Below are positions 44,711 to 48,806 of a stretch of DNA of 48,806 nucleotides, in pieces; position 1 is the stretch's first letter; every line of letters begins with the position of its first letter. The stretch comes from Candidatus Hodarchaeum mangrovi (GTDB lineage Archaea > Asgardarchaeota > Heimdallarchaeia > Hodarchaeales > Hodarchaeaceae): positions 1-48,806 of the forward strand of contig JAEOUE010000030.1 of the NCBI GenBank assembly GCA_016839515.1, read 5' to 3'. The translations under genes were made by a program, and so were the position numbers. The notes under the pieces were generated by a model that had not been told where the DNA came from, made no database searches, and saw only the letters and a list, made by a program, of their open reading frames with translations.

Positions 44711-46528
44711 ATACCGTATGTTTTTATTAAAAATCTGAATAAAGAGATTAAATTTGAGCTCACAGGAAGGAATCTACTTCAGATTCTAAATCAGAATGAA
44801 GATAAACCTCTAATCACATCATTATGCAATGGAAAAGGAATTTGTGGGAAATGCCGAGTAGAATTCTTAAAGCCAGTTGAATTAGCTCCCTTTACTGAAC
44901 AAGAAAGAAAAATTATAATTCCAGAGAATCTAGGCAAGATTAGATTAGCTTGTCAAATAATTTTAAAAAGTAACGCAGAGCTTTTAATTCTGGATTTAAT
45001 AAATCAAAAAGATAGTTTATTTAAAAGTATTGACAGTTATAAAAATTTCTTGCTCAAATATCATTTTAATCCAAGAATGATACAAATTGAAGTTAATCCT
45101 CAGATTTATAATGAAAAAGAGGATTCTTCTTTGTTTTTTTCAACAAATTTATCGAAAACGGTAAAACAAACTATTTTAAACAGGTTAAAAACTATTAGAG
45201 ATAAACAATTAATAGAAAAATTATTTTTTATAATTGATCAAGAAAACGACAAGATAATAGACATTTCTCCAAAAAAATACTTCCTAGCTGGAGTAGTTAT
45301 TGATTTAGGTACCACATCAATTGTTTTAACATTAATGAATCTTGATAATGGTCAAATTATTAGTTCTGAATCAATCTTAAACCCCCAAACTAAGTATGGA
45401 AGAGACATAATCTCACGGATGTCATATTCAATGCTTAGTCTCCAACACCAGTCAGAATTGCAAAATTTAGTACTTGATGAAATATTCGAATTATTGAAAC
45501 ATCGCGTTAAAAAAGAAAAACTTAATCCAGATAACATACTAGAAATAATAGTTGTAGGAAATACTGTAATGCATCACATCATTAATTCTCTTCCACTATT
45601 TAAATTAGCAAAATCACCATTTTTGCCTGTAACTGTAGATATGATCTCAAAACAACTTGAAAACTTTACTGAAAACATTAAATGGAAAATTTTTAAGAAT
45701 ACTGTTATCACTTTTCCTCCATTAATAGGAGGGTTCATTGGATCAGATGCTGTGGCTGATATTCTGTATCTAGACCTAAGAAACTTAGCTGGAATACATC
45801 TCCTGATAGACTTTGGTACAAATTCAGAAATTATTCTTGTAAAAGATAGAAAAATCTATGTTGCTTCAGTTGCTGCAGGAGGAGCTTTTGAAGGACAGCA
45901 CATTTCTTGTGGAATGAGAGGAATAGATGGAGCTATTGAAAGGTTCACAATTCATGATTCTAAATTTTATTTTCAGACTATTAAATCAGAGAAACCCAAA
46001 GGAATTTGTGGTTCAGGAATTATAGATGTTTTAGCTCAACTATTAATCTATGGTTATTTAGATGAACGAGGACGACTATTTGACCAATCTTCAAATAAGA
46101 TCGAAAGATTAGTTCTTGTAGATAAAGAAGACAGTTATGCAAAAAAAGAGATTTTTTTATCTCGAAAAGATATTGAAGAAATCCAAAAGGCCAAAGCAGC
46201 AACGATGACAGCAATTCGTATATTATTAGATTATCTTCATATAAAATTAAAGGATTTGACCAATATCCATATCGCTGGGGTTTTTGGTTCAAACCTAAAC
46301 CTTGGAAATGCTAAAAGAATTGGATTACTTCCAAACATCATGACTGAAAAAATGATAATTCATGGCAATATCGCTGAAAAAGGAGCTAGGTCTTATTTAT
46401 TGTCATTGAGGGCTAGGCAGGAAGCTGAAACTATTGTCAGATGTGTAGAAAAGATAGAACTAACTAATTTCCCAAATTTCCAGGTCTATTTTGCTGAAGA
46501 ACTCTTTTTTCCTAATTATAAAGACTAA
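44711..46528 (+). CDS. ASKHA-type ATP-dependent corrinoid activation protein (RACo/DUF4445-like) with N-terminal [2Fe-2S] ferredoxin domain, probable ATA start
   Basis: The frame upstream of the track start (45050) encodes SLCNGKGICGKC...RLACQ. It continues into IDLGTT, NPQTKYGRDIISR, VGNTVMHH, GGFIGSD, IDFGTNSE, AFEG, GICGSG, IQKAKAA and AGVFG. Confidence 0.88.
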   Translation: MPYVFIKNLNKEIKFELTGRNLLQILNQNEDKPLITSLCNGKGICGKCRVEFLKPVELAPFTEQERKIIIPENLGKIRLACQIILKSNAELLILDLINQKDSLFKSIDSYKNFLLKYHFNPRMIQIEVNPQIYNEKEDSSLFFSTNLSKTVKQTILNRLKTIRDKQLIEKLFFIIDQENDKIIDISPKKYFLAGVVIDLGTTSIVLTLMNLDNGQIISSESILNPQTKYGRDIISRMSYSMLSLQHQSELQNLVLDEIFELLKHRVKKEKLNPDNILEIIVVGNTVMHHIINSLPLFKLAKSPFLPVTVDMISKQLENFTENIKWKIFKNTVITFPPLIGGFIGSDAVADILYLDLRNLAGIHLLIDFGTNSEIILVKDRKIYVASVAAGGAFEGQHISCGMRGIDGAIERFTIHDSKFYFQTIKSEKPKGICGSGIIDVLAQLLIYGYLDERGRLFDQSSNKIERLVLVDKEDSYAKKEIFLSRKDIEEIQKAKAATMTAIRILLDYLHIKLKDLTNIHIAGVFGSNLNLGNAKRIGLLPNIMTEKMIIHGNIAEKGARSYLLSLRARQEAETIVRCVEKIELTNFPNFQVYFAEELFFPNYKD

Positions 46529-46548
46529 ATTAATGATAAATCCATAGT

Positions 46549-47907
46549 TCACGTACATTTTTTTCTGGCAATGTTAGCAGCAATTAAAATTGGATCCCAA
46601 ACAGAACTAAAAGGAGGAGCATAGGCAAGATCTAGTTTTTGAAGATCTCTGATAGTCATTTTACATGCTAGGGCAGTAGCTAATGTATCTATCTTTTTAG
46701 CACCCATGGGACTTGGCGCGGTTATCTCAGCACCAAGTAATCGATGTGTTTTAGTACAAAAAACTAAAAGAACTGACATCTTAGTTGCACCAGGGTAATA
46801 ATGAGCAATCTCATTATTCTCAATTAAAACATAATCCGCTTGGTATCCTAATTCTTTTGCTTCTTCCAAAGTGATTCCTGTTCTTCCACAATACAAATCT
46901 AATACTTTAAATATGGCCGTTCCGTACACTCCACTAAATGGATCTAGATCAGGAGTCCCAGCAATATGTGAACCTGCGATTCTTCCTTGCTTGTTTGCTG
47001 TTGGGGCTAAAGGTATAAATACAGGTTTTTCCAGAATGTTATGATATGAAGCAACACAGTCGCCTGCTGCATATACATTAGGAATATTAGTACGCATAAA
47101 TTCATCCGTAATTATTGCTCCATTAGGTAGTAATTTTAACTGAGAATTTTTGAAAATATCAGTATTCGGGACAACTCCAATAGAAATTTGAACAAGATCA
47201 GTATTCATGCTTTTCCCATCTTGGAAATTAACTTTTATCTTTTCTTCTGAGATCCTATCTAAAGATTTTACCCGTTGATTTAGCATTAAGTTAATTCTAT
47301 ATTTTTCAGCGACATTTATGATGTAATCCTGTGATTCTGAATTAAAGACAAGCTGTGGGCTAATTACTGTTATATTTGATCCTTCTATGCTATAGGCTAG
47401 ATAAGCTTCTAACATCTCTAATCCAATATATCCTCCACCAATAATTACCACAGATTTTATTTGGTGCGATTTTAGAAAATTCTTCAACCTTTTAGCGTCA
47501 TATAGCGTATGTACTTTAAATACTCTAGGATGATCAATATCTAATCCTTTAACTAGTTTAGCTATGGCACCCGTTGCTATAACTAAATAATCGTACTTAC
47601 TATAAAAACTCTTATCTGAATCCTTGTCATAAATCGCACACTTTTTTTTCTGAAAATCAACTGAAATTACTTCATGATTAATAAATACAGGAATTTTTCT
47701 TTTTTTCTCTAAATCATCCTTTGTGAGAGTTATTAAGTTATCTAGAGATTTCACTTTATCTGAAACATAGTAAGGAATCCCACAGGCCCCGTAAGAAACA
47801 AATTTATCCTTTTCATAAACACAAATTTCCCAATCTGCATGCTCACGACGAATTGCACTAGCTGCGGAGAGCGCAGCAGGATTTCCACCTATTAACAAAA
47901 CTTTCAT
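46549..47907 (-). CDS. cdr: CoA-disulfide reductase / NADH oxidase family flavoprotein
   Basis: Redox Cys in SYGACGIPY, LVIATGA, IIGGGYIGLE, YAAGDC, ANKQGR, HYYPG and DLAYAPPFS.VWDP. Confidence 0.88.
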   Translation of the reverse strand: MKVLLIGGNPAALSAASAIRREHADWEICVYEKDKFVSYGACGIPYYVSDKVKSLDNLITLTKDDLEKKRKIPVFINHEVISVDFQKKKCAIYDKDSDKSFYSKYDYLVIATGAIAKLVKGLDIDHPRVFKVHTLYDAKRLKNFLKSHQIKSVVIIGGGYIGLEMLEAYLAYSIEGSNITVISPQLVFNSESQDYIINVAEKYRINLMLNQRVKSLDRISEEKIKVNFQDGKSMNTDLVQISIGVVPNTDIFKNSQLKLLPNGAIITDEFMRTNIPNVYAAGDCVASYHNILEKPVFIPLAPTANKQGRIAGSHIAGTPDLDPFSGVYGTAIFKVLDLYCGRTGITLEEAKELGYQADYVLIENNEIAHYYPGATKMSVLLVFCTKTHRLLGAEITAPSPMGAKKIDTLATALACKMTIRDLQKLDLAYAPPFSSVWDPILIAANIARKKCT

Positions 47908-48024
47908 TCTCTACTTCATCCATATTTTGAAAACGATATTTATAGGAGTAAGCTTTTCTTACATTTAAAAATTTCGTTTAAATATTGAACGAGGAATAAT
48001 TTTATAACAAATGGTGAAATTAAA

Positions 48025-48747
48025 TTGAATCTTCAAGATAAAGTAGCAATCATTACTGGAGCATCAAAAGGAATTGGAAAAGAAATTAGCTTGAAGTTTG
48101 GAGAAAGTGGTATCAAACTTGTATTAGCTGCTCGTAATAAAGCATTACTTACTAACTTAAAAAATGAAATTGAATCGAAATTTACTACAGAAGTGTTAAT
48201 AATTCCTACTGATATTACAAAAGAAAATCAAGTCACCACTATGGTGAATAAAACTATTGAAAAATTCAAAAAGATAGATATTTTAATAAATAATGCTGGA
48301 GTAGGTCGATTTTCACGAATTGATCAGTTTTCCATTGAGGATTATAATTTTATAATGGATGTCAATGTAAAAGGTGTTTTTTTAACCACTAAGTATGTAG
48401 TTCCTCATATGATTAGAAGAGAATCAGGTCACATTATAAACATTAGTAGTATAGCTGGAAAAAATGGTTTCAAGACAGGTACCCTCTACTCAGCATCTAA
48501 ACATGCCATTCAAGGATTCACTTGGTCTTTACGTGAAGATTTGAAAGAATATAAAATTAAGGTGACGGCAATCTGTCCTGGTAGTGTTTTAACAAGTTTT
48601 GGAGGAAAAAGTCCAGATTATGTTGAATGGAGTATACAACCCGAGGACATTGCTCATGCATGTCATTATCTTGTAACCGAATCTGACTTTGTAAATACAG
48701 CAGAATTAATTATTAAACCTCGATTTAATCCTAGGAAAATCCAATAG
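48025..48747 (+). CDS. Short-chain dehydrogenase/reductase
   Basis: ITGASKGIG, NNAG, NISS, catalytic YSASK and ICPG; TTG start with GGTGA SD. Confidence 0.93.
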   Translation: MNLQDKVAIITGASKGIGKEISLKFGESGIKLVLAARNKALLTNLKNEIESKFTTEVLIIPTDITKENQVTTMVNKTIEKFKKIDILINNAGVGRFSRIDQFSIEDYNFIMDVNVKGVFLTTKYVVPHMIRRESGHIINISSIAGKNGFKTGTLYSASKHAIQGFTWSLREDLKEYKIKVTAICPGSVLTSFGGKSPDYVEWSIQPEDIAHACHYLVTESDFVNTAELIIKPRFNPRKIQ

Positions 48748-48806
48748 TTTTAACTCCCCTTTTTTTCAATAATTGATTTAATTATTTTTAAGAAAAAGCA
48801 GATTCG

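Noticed and set aside
4858-46292. Remaining short track ORFs antisense to uvrC, uvrB, the transporter, aminotransferase, top6B, gyrA, gyrB, ASKHA and others
   Set aside because: They are shadow ORFs of 60-130 aa that are nested in or largely overlap recognised genes and have no independent support.

Overview
This AT-rich archaeal window very probably comes from an Asgard archaeon, given its three Ras-superfamily small GTPases, a longin-like domain protein and a eukaryote-like Top6A. Housekeeping content includes porA/porB, bacterial-type uvrB/uvrC, an ArsB/NhaD-type transporter, an aminotransferase, a HemK-type methyltransferase, RidA, a CYTH protein, CoA-disulfide reductase and an SDR. The centrepiece is a tight co-directional type II topoisomerase cluster, gyrB-gyrA-top6B-top6A, followed by a kinase-like ORF. 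Both Topo VI subunits are heavily elaborated. Top6B is 2317 aa: a normal ~570 aa GHKL/H2TH/transducer core plus ~1750 aa of about 28 diverged tandem HhH (RNA polymerase alpha-CTD/RadA-N-like) units, partly in alternating A/B pairs. Top6A carries an N-terminal ubiquitin-like (beta-grasp) domain. Three conserved genes (uvrB, a metallophosphoesterase, a 2Fe-2S/ASKHA protein) have essential N-terminal motifs upstream of any in-frame ATG/GTG/TTG, implying CTG/ATA starts. Other points of interest are an Sph/ClsN-like SMC-related ATPase cluster, a tandem pair of degenerate RCK proteins and a structured non-coding stretch at ~44.48-44.67 kb. All domain calls are by-eye motif recognition; no searches were run. 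No tRNA, rRNA, CRISPR array or transposase was seen.
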